Below are positions 33,048 to 41,519 of a stretch of 64,000 nucleotides of DNA, piece after piece. The notes under the pieces were generated by a model. It saw only the letters and a list, made by a program, of their open reading frames with translations, was not told the DNA's origin and made no database searches. The position numbers and the translations under genes were made by a program. The DNA comes from Thermoanaerobaculum sp. (lineage in GTDB: Bacteria; Acidobacteriota; Thermoanaerobaculia; Multivoradales; UBA5704): assembly GCA_021154885.1 (NCBI GenBank), contig JAJKHS010000104.1, positions 1,410-65,409 of the forward strand, given 5' to 3'. Every line of letters starts with the position of its first letter. Position 1 is the stretch's first letter.

Positions 33048-34826
33048 CTACCCCCCGCTCGCCGCCGCCAGCCGCGGCACCGGGGCCGGCCGGCGCTCGC
33101 CCACCTGCTGGCGCCACATGGCGTAGTAGAGACCCTTCTGCTCCAGGAGATCCCCATGGCGGCCGGACTCGACGATGCGGCCACGCTCCAGGACGTGGAT
33201 GGTGTCGGCGTGGAGGATGGTCGACAGCCGGTGCGCGATGAGGACGGTGATCACCTGGGAGGATGCCACCTCGCGGATGGTGTAGGTGATCTCCTCCTCG
33301 GTCAGCGAGTCGAGCGACGAGGTCGCCTCGTCGAAGACCAGCAGACGCGGCCGGCGCAGCAGCGCCCGGGCGATCGACAGCCGCTGCTTCTCGCCCCCGG
33401 AGACCTTGACGCCCCCCTCCCCGATCACCGTGTCGAGCCCGCGGTCGGCGCGCGCCAGCAGACTGTCGCAGGCGGCCCGCTTCAGCACCTCCAGGCACTC
33501 GGCATCGGTGGCCGTGGGGTTGACGAACAGCAGGTTTTCACGGATCGAGCCGGAGAAGAGCTGCGTGTCCTGGGTCACGAAGCCGATCTGCGCCCGCAGC
33601 TCGTCGAGGTCGAGGGCCGTGCCCGGCTTGCCGTTGTAGAGGATGCGCCCGTGCCGCGGCTGATAGAGGCCGACGAGCAGCTTGACGAGCGTCGTCTTCC
33701 CGGAGCCCGAGGGCCCCACGAAGGCCACGGTCTCCCCCCGCTCCACCGCGAAGGAGACGTCGTGGAGGGCCGGCGCCGAGGCGCTCTGGTGGGTGAAGCC
33801 CACGTCCTCGAAGGCGAGCGAGCCGAGCTCGCCCAAGGGGAGCGGGCTCGCCGGCTTCACCTCGGTGGGGATGGCGAGGATGGCCTGGAAGACGTCGAGC
33901 GAGGCTTCCGTCTCGCGGTAGGTGTTGATCACCGTCCCCAGCTCCTGCAGCGGCCCGAAGATGAAGAACGAGTAGATCCAGAGCGAGAAGAACTGCCCGA
34001 TCGAGATCTGCCGCGAATAGATCAGGTACAGCATCAGGAAGAGGATGGAGGTGCGCAGGGCGTTGACCGCCGTGCCCTGGATGAAGCTCAGCAGGCGCAG
34101 CGAACGCACCTTCCGCAGCTCCAGCCGCAGGATCTTGCCGGTGGTGGCGTTCAGCCGCTCGATCTCCTGGCCGGCGAGGCCGAGGCTCTTGACCAGCTCG
34201 ATGTTGCGCAGCGATTCGGTAGTGGCGCCCGCGAGCGCCGTGGTCTCGGCCACGATCACCTTCTGAATCTTCTTGATCCGCCGCGACAGCACCGAGCTCA
34301 GGACCCCGAGCACGGGGATGGTGAGCAGGAAGACCGGCGCGATGATCCAGCTCACGGTGAAGGCGTAGACCATCACGAAGACCACTCCGACCAGGGTGGT
34401 GAACAGGGTGTTGACCGCCGTGCTGATCAGCTTCTCGACGTCGGCGCGCACCTTCTGCAGCTTGCCGAGCGTCTCGCCGCTGCGCTGGTCCTCGAAGAGC
34501 TGGTACGGCAGCTCCAGGGAGTGGCGGACGCCGTCCGAGTAGAGGTCCGCCCCCAGCCGCTGGGTCACCACGTTGACGAAATAGTCCTGGAAGTTCTTGG
34601 CCACCCGCGACACGAAGGCGGCCCCCACCGCCGCGGCGAGCAGCAGGCTGACGCCGCGGAAGAACTGCCCGGTCGTGTACTCGCGGTAGCGGGTGGCGTA
34701 CTGGTCGATGACGTGGCGGAAGATCAGCGGATCGAGGAGCGAGAAGATCTGGTTGACGGCCGCCAGCACGAGGGCCAGGAGCACGAGCGTCCAGTAGCGG
34801 CGGAGGTAGGAGTAGAGGAGTCGCAT
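33048..34826 (-). CDS. ABC exporter, fused permease/ATPase (MsbA-like)
   Basis: TM domain, Walker A GPSGSGKT, signature VSGGEKQR, Walker B LVFDEATS and IAHRLST. Confidence 0.93.
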   Translation of the reverse strand: MRLLYSYLRRYWTLVLLALVLAAVNQIFSLLDPLIFRHVIDQYATRYREYTTGQFFRGVSLLLAAAVGAAFVSRVAKNFQDYFVNVVTQRLGADLYSDGVRHSLELPYQLFEDQRSGETLGKLQKVRADVEKLISTAVNTLFTTLVGVVFVMVYAFTVSWIIAPVFLLTIPVLGVLSSVLSRRIKKIQKVIVAETTALAGATTESLRNIELVKSLGLAGQEIERLNATTGKILRLELRKVRSLRLLSFIQGTAVNALRTSILFLMLYLIYSRQISIGQFFSLWIYSFFIFGPLQELGTVINTYRETEASLDVFQAILAIPTEVKPASPLPLGELGSLAFEDVGFTHQSASAPALHDVSFAVERGETVAFVGPSGSGKTTLVKLLVGLYQPRHGRILYNGKPGTALDLDELRAQIGFVTQDTQLFSGSIRENLLFVNPTATDAECLEVLKRAACDSLLARADRGLDTVIGEGGVKVSGGEKQRLSIARALLRRPRLLVFDEATSSLDSLTEEEITYTIREVASSQVITVLIAHRLSTILHADTIHVLERGRIVESGRHGDLLEQKGLYYAMWRQQVGERRPAPVPRLAAASGG

Positions 34827-34910
34827 GGCTCCCCAGTTTACTGGATCGGCGGGGTTCGCGTCTGAAGCAACCGGCCGGGCCGCGCGGCCCGGCCGGGGTG
34901 TCGCGACGGG

Positions 34911-36146
34911 CTAAATCGAGTTGATGAAGGCGATGAGCTGGTTCTTCTGGGTGACGCTGAGGTTGAGGTAGTTGTTGATGACCGGGTTGGCCTCGCCGAA
35001 GTGGCGGTTGATTGCGTCGTCGCGCGTCACGCTCAGGAGGTCGTGCATCAGCCGGTCGTGGGTGCGCAGGCCCCACAGCGGCGGCGTCCGCATCTTGGTC
35101 CGGGTGCCCTGGCCGCCGTTCTGCACGATGCCGTCGCCGGTGCCCACGTCGTGCAGCATGAAGTCGCTGTACGGATGGATGATCTTGTCGCCGATCGCCG
35201 CCGGGATGGTGTACTTGCCGCCGTTGATCACGGTGCCGCCCGGAGAGGTGGTGATCGACGCGACGTGGCAGATGCTGCAGCCGATCTGGGTGAACAGGCT
35301 CTTGCCGGCGAGCACGTCCGAGGTGTTGGCCACCGCGGCGTCGGGAGCCGGAGCCTTGGTCGACCGCATGAAGCGGGTGAAGGCGCCGACGTCGGTCCCG
35401 AAGGGATCCGCCGTCGTCCCCGCGTCCTCAGGATCGGCTTTGTGGTCGAACTGCGCCGGGATGACGACGCCGTTCGTGGTGTTCTCCTTGGGCTGCAGCG
35501 GGCTGGTGATACCCATCTCGTTGAGATAGGCGTCCGCCGCGAAGGAGAGCAGGCTGGCGTGCTGGTTCTTCCAGCCGAAACGGGCGATGCGCGTGGTGCC
35601 GGCCGCGGCCTCGCCGACCGGGACGCGGATGATCGTGCCCCCGACCCCCAACTGTGCCTGCTGGTTGGCCTGGGTGGTGGTGAAGAAGCTGTCGGGGATC
35701 GCCTCGACGAAGCCGTCGCCCAGGATGTTGAGCGAGCTGCGGAGGTCGACGACGTTGTCAGCGCCCAGCACCCGCTCCTGGATGGAGGCGTCGACCGCGC
35801 GGTCGTTGTTCAGCGACCCGCCCGGCGAGTCGGTGAAGGTGAAGCCGTCGAAGCGGCCTTTCCGCAGCTCGGTGATCTGGCTGATGGCGCCGCTCACCGG
35901 GTTCTGATGACACTCGGCGCAGGCCTGGGCGTTGTAGACCGGGCCCAGACCGTCGGCGAGCTCCTCGCGGGAATCGAAGTTCGCCCTGTCCAGGTCGAAC
36001 TGCGCCTGCGACTCGAAGCCGTTCGTCAGGTTGTCGAATCCGGTCGGGGCTGTCGTGGGCGTCACCGCGTACACCAGCGGGACTACCAGCAGTACCAGTA
36101 CGATCGCATCGGAAATCAGGAACCGTTTGACCCACTTCGTCGCCAT
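34911..36146 (-). CDS. Di-haem oxidoreductase family (DUF1111/DHOR) cytochrome c
   Basis: GLGPVYNAQACAECH and CSICH (two CxxCH). RFGWK, YLNEMGIT, YSDFMLHD and RTPPLWG. AGGAGGAG RBS. Confidence 0.88.
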   Translation of the reverse strand: MATKWVKRFLISDAIVLVLLVVPLVYAVTPTTAPTGFDNLTNGFESQAQFDLDRANFDSREELADGLGPVYNAQACAECHQNPVSGAISQITELRKGRFDGFTFTDSPGGSLNNDRAVDASIQERVLGADNVVDLRSSLNILGDGFVEAIPDSFFTTTQANQQAQLGVGGTIIRVPVGEAAAGTTRIARFGWKNQHASLLSFAADAYLNEMGITSPLQPKENTTNGVVIPAQFDHKADPEDAGTTADPFGTDVGAFTRFMRSTKAPAPDAAVANTSDVLAGKSLFTQIGCSICHVASITTSPGGTVINGGKYTIPAAIGDKIIHPYSDFMLHDVGTGDGIVQNGGQGTRTKMRTPPLWGLRTHDRLMHDLLSVTRDDAINRHFGEANPVINNYLNLSVTQKNQLIAFINSI

Positions 36147-36511
36147 GCTCCACTCCTCCTTCAGCAGATAGGGAACCGTCACTCTGGCGGGCCTGAGGGG
36201 CCCGATCCAGGGCTAAAACGCCGCGAGACACGTCTGACCTCGAGAACTTCCGAGGAGCAGAGCCAGCACCAAGCTGCCTTACCAACGACTCATACCAGGC
36301 TCTACTAGTGAGGTGCACCTAGACGGCCAAAGCGAGCCCTCCAATCCAGATGAACTTGAAACAGTACGTCTACTAGCAGGCAAGGTGTGAGGCGGCGGGC
36401 AAACCGGGACACCGGCGGGGGGGTTGGGGCGAGGACGGCAGGCGGGAAAAAGAGCGGGCCGGATGCGCGTGCAGGGCCGGCCCGCTGGGTCAAACGGAAG
36501 GATCGCCCGGC

Positions 36512-36979
36512 TTAGAAGCCGGCGGGCCGCTGCACGTGGCTCTGGCGCGCTCCATGGAGCTGCTGGAACTTCGCGAGCTGGTCCGGGTTCAGCAGGGCGC
36601 TGAATTTCGTGTTGAAGTCGTCGTGGAGGGCCTTGAGCTGCTGGCCGGTGGCGTGGGCGTCGATCATCTTCTGGCCGATCTCCGCGGCGTCGGCGTTGCC
36701 GCCGTCGAGGAGGGTGTGGATCTCCTGCATCTGCTGCCGGTGCTGCGCCATCAGGGGCTGGGCATTGGTGGCCAGGTCCTGATGGAGCTTCTGGGCGGCG
36801 GCCTGCTGATCGGCGGTGAGGCTCAGGGCCTTGGCGAGGTGGGCCTCGTGCTGCTGCATCGTCGCGGCCATCGCGGCCGGGTCGCCGGCCGTCTTCCAGT
36901 GGCCGCCGGCGCCCGCGGCGAAGGCCGCGGCACCCACCAGCAGAATGGCGCCGAGGAAGAGCGTGAGAGTCCGTTTCAT
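36512..36979 (-). CDS. Spy/CpxP-like periplasmic chaperone or sensor accessory protein
   Basis: Signal peptide. LSLTADQQ and LLNPDQLAKF (LTxxQ-type motifs). Adjacent to a two-component system. Confidence 0.8.
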   Translation of the reverse strand: MKRTLTLFLGAILLVGAAAFAAGAGGHWKTAGDPAAMAATMQQHEAHLAKALSLTADQQAAAQKLHQDLATNAQPLMAQHRQQMQEIHTLLDGGNADAAEIGQKMIDAHATGQQLKALHDDFNTKFSALLNPDQLAKFQQLHGARQSHVQRPAGF

Positions 36980-37059
36980 GGTGCGATCTCCTTTCTGCGC
37001 GCCGTGGGGTCCGCGGCGCTGTCCCAACGCTCGCCAGCATAGGCCCGTCGCCGGAGCCC

Positions 37060-37099
37060 AGTCTTCAGGATGCCGCAAGGAATTTGTAAGGAATGTAAA
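37060..37099 (-). promoter_or_regulatory. Putative response-regulator binding site/promoter, copy 1
   Basis: The minus strand reads TTTACATTCCTTACAAATTCCTT-N7-CCTGAAGACT, near-identical to 39735-39774. Confidence 0.7.
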
Positions 37100-37105
37100 A
37101 ACTGG

Positions 37106-37828
37106 TCAGCCGGCGAAGCGGTAGCCCCGCCGGTGGACGGTGAGGATGTACTCGGGGCGCGACGGATTGCTCTCCAGCTTCTGGCGCAGGGAGGCCACGT
37201 GCACGTCCACGGTGCGGGTGGTCGGCATGGCGTCGTAGCCCCAGACCTTGTCGAGCAGCTCGTCGCGGGAGAGCAGCGCGCCGCGGTTCTGGATGAAGTA
37301 GGCGAGGAGCTTGAACTCCAGCGCCGAGAGGGTCACCGGCTCCCCGCCCCGGAGCACGTCGGCGCGGCGGAAGTCGACCCGCACGTCGCCGAAGGCATAG
37401 GTGCCCGCTGCGGCGGAGGCCGGCGTGCGGGCGCGGCGGAACAGGGCTTCCATGCGGGCCAGCAGCTCGATCATCTCGAACGGCTTGGTGACGTAGTCAT
37501 CCGCTCCGAGCTTCAGGCCCACCACCCGGTCCACCACCTGGCCACGGGCGGTGAGCATGACGATGGGCACCTGGACGCCCCGGCTGCGCAGCTCGCGGCA
37601 GACCTCGAAGCCGTCGCGGCGCGGCAGCATGACGTCGAGGAGGATGAGGTCGAAAGAGCCGTCCAGGGCCCGCGCGAGCCCCGCCTCGCCGTCGCCGGCG
37701 GTCTCCACCTGGTAGCCCTCGCTGAGCAGCCGGTCCGAGAGGGTGAGCACGAGGCTGGGCTCGTCCTCCACCAGGAGGATGCGCCGCACCGCCGGCTCTC
37801 CGGAATGCGCCGGCCGCTCCGCGATCAC
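37106..37828 (-). CDS. OmpR/PhoB-family response regulator
   Basis: ILLVEDE, LLDVMLP, GADDYVTKPF and RTVDVHVASLRQKLE. Confidence 0.95.
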   Translation of the reverse strand: MIAERPAHSGEPAVRRILLVEDEPSLVLTLSDRLLSEGYQVETAGDGEAGLARALDGSFDLILLDVMLPRRDGFEVCRELRSRGVQVPIVMLTARGQVVDRVVGLKLGADDYVTKPFEMIELLARMEALFRRARTPASAAAGTYAFGDVRVDFRRADVLRGGEPVTLSALEFKLLAYFIQNRGALLSRDELLDKVWGYDAMPTTRTVDVHVASLRQKLESNPSRPEYILTVHRRGYRFAG

Positions 37829-39690
37829 GCCGGCTCCTCCTCGGGCTGGCCCGGCTCCGCCGCAATGACCGCCGGCGGCGATGACGGCGATTGCAGCGCC
37901 GGAATCTGGAGGGTGAAGGCGCTACCCTCCGTCTCTCCGGTACCGGGGACGCCGGAGGCGACGGTGATCCGGCCGCCGTGGGCCTCGACGATATGGCGCA
38001 CCAGGCTCAGGCCCAGGCCGCTGCCGGGGGTGCCCCCCAGGGCCGCGTCCCGGCCGCGGAAAAAAGGCTCGAAGAGGTGGGGCAGGTCCTCCCGGCGGAT
38101 TCCCGGTCCACGGTCGGCGACGGTGATCTCCACCGCACCGGAAGGCGCCCGGCGGGCCCGGACGCCGATCCAGCCCGCCTGACCGCCATACTTGACGGCG
38201 TTCTCGATCAGGTTCTGCACCGCCCGCCGCAGGGCGGCCGCGTCCGCCAGCACGGCGGGGAGGTCGCGGTCGACCTCCCTCGCCACCTCGATACGCTTCT
38301 CCTGGAGGATCCAGCGGCAGTCCTGAAGCGCGCCGTCCACGATCTCCCCCACCTCCACCGGCCGGGGGTGGTAGACCCGGCGCCCCGACTGGATGCCGGC
38401 CAGCTCCAGGGCCTGCCCCACCATGTCGGAGAGGCGGCGCCCCTCGCTCTCGATGAGGTTGCCGTAGCGCCGCACCTGGCCGGGCTCCGCCACCACGCCG
38501 GCGGCGAGGTTCTGGCCCGCCGAGCGGATGGCGGTCAGCGGCGTGTTCAGCTCATGGGTGACGCCGGCCACGAACTCGATCTGCTGCCGGGCGAGGCGCT
38601 GCGCCCGCTGGGTCGCCACCATCATCAGTCCCATGGTGGCCGCGAGCAGGGCCAGGATGCCCAGGCTGATCGCCAGGTTGCGCCGCCGGACAGCCGCCAC
38701 GGCTTCTTCCAGAGAGCCGTCCCGGTGCTTGAGGACCAGCCGCCAGGCCCCGCCCTCCCGCCGCCGGTCGCCGGGCGGCTGTCCTCGCATCCGCGGCCGG
38801 GGCGGCGACGGCATCTTCCACTGGGCGGCGGCTCCCGGCCCGTGCCCCGCCGACAGCGAGCGCAGCTCGTCGAAGGGCCGCAGCCGGAACATGTCGAGCT
38901 CCATGTCGCCAACGCCGAAAGAGGCTGGGGGCTCCTGGGGATCCGAAAGGAAAACAGCCCGTTTGGGGTCGCCGACAGCCTTGACGGCGAGGGCGTAGTC
39001 GGCGCCCTGGGGAGTGACGAAATAGCGGCGGGTGAAGGCCGGGAACATCTCGCCGGCGATCGTCTTCAGATCCAGCCGCACCAGCAGGTGGTCGCCGGCC
39101 AGCGGGTCCGCGGGACCGCGGGCCGCGGGCGAGGACGGCGGCGCCGGGAACCCGAGGGGGATCACCAGGCCGGGGACGTCCCCCGCCAGCGTCAGGTTGC
39201 GGGAGCTCGCGGGCGAGTCCGGCGTGTGGGACGCCTTTTCCAGGCGCTGCCGCAGCCTGGCGAGCTCGGGCGGCCAGGGGCACGCGACGAAGCGATGCTC
39301 CGCCGGCCACAGGACCTCGAGCCCGGTCTCGCCGTCGTCGCCGGCGCCCGCGGACCGGATCAGGAAGACGTCGCGGACCAGGCGCGGATAGGGCGCCTCG
39401 GCGTTCCAGCGGTCGTACTGGCGGATCACGCGGTCGAGCCTCCCCGCGGCCGGCTCCATGGGGTCCGGGTGGAAGTAGAGAAAGGCCCGGGTGACCTCGC
39501 GGTCGAAGTCCTCCGTGAAGTGGGAGCCGGCGGCGAAGAGGCTCACGCGCATCCGGTGCCGATCCATGGCGCTCACCTCGCCGATCCACTGCCACTGCAG
39601 CATGGCCAGCACGGCCAGCAGCAGCACCAGCACCGCCGCAATGGCAATGGGCAGACGTTGCAGCCGTTGAGCGAAACTCGGGGATCTCAT
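37825..39690 (-). CDS. Membrane sensor histidine kinase
   Basis: Two TM helices, H-box VTHELNTPL, NLIENAVKY, DRGPG and GSGLGL. Confidence 0.93.
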   Translation of the reverse strand: MRSPSFAQRLQRLPIAIAAVLVLLLAVLAMLQWQWIGEVSAMDRHRMRVSLFAAGSHFTEDFDREVTRAFLYFHPDPMEPAAGRLDRVIRQYDRWNAEAPYPRLVRDVFLIRSAGAGDDGETGLEVLWPAEHRFVACPWPPELARLRQRLEKASHTPDSPASSRNLTLAGDVPGLVIPLGFPAPPSSPAARGPADPLAGDHLLVRLDLKTIAGEMFPAFTRRYFVTPQGADYALAVKAVGDPKRAVFLSDPQEPPASFGVGDMELDMFRLRPFDELRSLSAGHGPGAAAQWKMPSPPRPRMRGQPPGDRRREGGAWRLVLKHRDGSLEEAVAAVRRRNLAISLGILALLAATMGLMMVATQRAQRLARQQIEFVAGVTHELNTPLTAIRSAGQNLAAGVVAEPGQVRRYGNLIESEGRRLSDMVGQALELAGIQSGRRVYHPRPVEVGEIVDGALQDCRWILQEKRIEVAREVDRDLPAVLADAAALRRAVQNLIENAVKYGGQAGWIGVRARRAPSGAVEITVADRGPGIRREDLPHLFEPFFRGRDAALGGTPGSGLGLSLVRHIVEAHGGRITVASGVPGTGETEGSAFTLQIPALQSPSSPPAVIAAEPGQPEEEPA

Positions 39691-39734
39691 GGCTCCTTCA
39701 GTTTAGCAGCCGGCTCGTCCCCTGAAAACGAGAG

Positions 39735-39774
39735 TTTACATCCCTTACAAATTCCTTTCGTTTCCCTGAAGACT
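39735..39774 (+). promoter_or_regulatory. Putative response-regulator binding site/promoter, copy 2
   Basis: TTTACATCCCTTACAAATTCCTT-N7-CCTGAAGACT upstream of 39825. Confidence 0.7.
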
Positions 39775-39824
39775 CGCCTCGGCCGCCGCCGTAGCCTGGG
39801 GTGCGACAGGGAGGAGAGGGGACC

Positions 39825-40538
39825 ATGACGAAACGCGCGAAACGACTGGACTGGGCGATCGGGCTGGTGGCCCTCACGGCAGCGGCGATCCTCCTCTCCG
39901 CCTCCGCCAGCGACCGGCCCGAGCCGCAGAGGCCCAACCTGCAGGGGACCTGGAAGCTGAACGAGGACCTGACCGCCCGCATGCGGCAGGACGACCGGCC
40001 GCAGGGAGGCGCGGAGGGATTCCACGGCGGCATGGGCCGGCGCGGCGGCGGCGGCGGCATGGGGCGTGGCGGTGGGCGCCGGGGCGGCGGCTTTCCCGAT
40101 GGACCGCCGAATGGCGAATCCGGCACATCGGGACAGACGGAGCGGCAGGGCGGAGCGCCGCCGTCCTTCGCGGCCCTCGACGAGCTGACCATCACCCAGC
40201 AGGGCGGCCAGGTGACCCTCGCCGACAAGACCGGGAACACCCGCGTCCTCAAGACCGACCACAGCAAGGTCCGCGACGAAAAGGCCCCCGGCGGCCCCGT
40301 GGAGCTGCGGGCGAGCTGGGACCGGGACGGCATCCTCACCGTCGAGGTCAAGCCGGACAAGGGTGCGAAGCGGACCGAGTCCTACATCCTCTCCAACGAC
40401 GGCAAGCACCTCTACGTCACCCTCACCTTCGATCGCAACGGCCGCGAGATGAAGATCCGCCGCGCCTACGACCCGGCGCCGGAGGAGAAGGCTCCGGCGC
40501 CGGAGGGGGACGACGACGACCGCGAGGTCTACGCGTAG
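39825..40538 (+). CDS. Secreted hypothetical protein with Gly-rich insert (beta-barrel-like)
   Basis: GGAGGAG RBS, signal peptide, PNLQGTWKLN and SNDGKHLYVT...IRRAYD. Confidence 0.7.
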   Translation: MTKRAKRLDWAIGLVALTAAAILLSASASDRPEPQRPNLQGTWKLNEDLTARMRQDDRPQGGAEGFHGGMGRRGGGGGMGRGGGRRGGGFPDGPPNGESGTSGQTERQGGAPPSFAALDELTITQQGGQVTLADKTGNTRVLKTDHSKVRDEKAPGGPVELRASWDRDGILTVEVKPDKGAKRTESYILSNDGKHLYVTLTFDRNGREMKIRRAYDPAPEEKAPAPEGDDDDREVYA

Positions 40539-40552
40539 ACGAATTCAATTCC

Positions 40553-40933
40553 TTACGGGATCGCCGGGCAGTGCCCGTTCACCGGCGTCAGGCAGGCCTT
40601 GCGAGTGCAGTCGAAAGTGCCGCAGGCCCGGCAGCACAGCTTGTCCGGCAGGCACTGGTAATCGCTGGTGCAACTGGTGGTGCCGGACTGCAGGAATTCG
40701 GGAGCGGGTGCCTGCTCGCCCGCCGGGACCACGGACAAGGTCGCCAGAAAAGCCGAGACCTCTCCGGTGGCAGGAGCCGGGCCCGCCGTCGCGGCCTGGG
40801 CCTGCGGGATCTCAGCCACAGGCGCCTGAGCCAGGCCCTGAGCCATACCGAAGACCACCAGAAGCACAGCCAGCAGCAGGACGCGAGACCAGCAACGGCG
40901 GGATTGCAGGACGAAATCGGACCCGTGGCGCAT
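40553..40933 (-). CDS. Small secreted prepro-peptide with 8-Cys C-terminal domain, paralogue 1
   Basis: AAGGAGG RBS, signal peptide and pro-region AFLATLS..PAPEFL. Core C-x5-C-x5-CC-x2-C-x4-C-x4-C-x7-CP. Confidence 0.75.
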   Translation of the reverse strand: MRHGSDFVLQSRRCWSRVLLLAVLLVVFGMAQGLAQAPVAEIPQAQAATAGPAPATGEVSAFLATLSVVPAGEQAPAPEFLQSGTTSCTSDYQCLPDKLCCRACGTFDCTRKACLTPVNGHCPAIP

Positions 40934-41057
40934 GTCGTAGCCTCCTTATGTTAATTTTTGAATCCTAGCATGAGTCCGCGCTCCGACTCCCCAACCGAGT
41001 CCCGCCAACGCCGCTGAGGTGCACTCCTGTTTTGAACGACCTATGGAGGATTCCGAA

Positions 41058-41387
41058 ATGCGCACCTCAACCCGTTTCCGTACCCTGCTGCTGATGGCCC
41101 TCTGCGCGCTCTTCGCCGTGGCGGCGGGCCTGGCCCAGACGCCGCAGGCCCCCGCCACGGCGGCGCCCCAAGCGGTCCCCAGCGTCGCGGAGTTCCTGGC
41201 GACCTTGTCGAGCGGCCCGAGCGAAGCCCCCGCCACCGAGCTCCTGCCACCCAGCCCCAAGTTCCTCTCGACCACCTGCACCAGCAACGCGGACTGCGGT
41301 CCACACGAGCTCTGCTGCTACCCCTGCGGCATCCCCGACTGCAACTTCGTCTGCATGAGGGTGAAGCGCTGCCCGCTTTTCCCGTAG
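41058..41387 (+). CDS. Small secreted prepro-peptide with 8-Cys C-terminal domain, paralogue 2
   Basis: GGAGGA RBS, signal peptide and pro-region EFLATLS..PSPKFL. Core C-x5-C-x5-CC-x2-C-x4-C-x3-C-x5-CP. Confidence 0.78.
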   Translation: MRTSTRFRTLLLMALCALFAVAAGLAQTPQAPATAAPQAVPSVAEFLATLSSGPSEAPATELLPPSPKFLSTTCTSNADCGPHELCCYPCGIPDCNFVCMRVKRCPLFP

Positions 41388-41519
41388 CGGTCAACCGCGT
41401 CCGAGCCCCCTTTCCACCTGTGGAGAGGGGGCACCGCTGCTTTCGTTTTCCGATGGGATCACCTGCATGCCTCAACGTGGATTTCGATTTCCGGGGATTG
41501 GTGACAGACTGAAGATCCT

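Noticed and set aside
33048-34826. ABC exporter as the transporter for the double-Gly peptide
   Set aside because: It lacks an N-terminal C39 peptidase domain and lies about 17 kb from the precursor.
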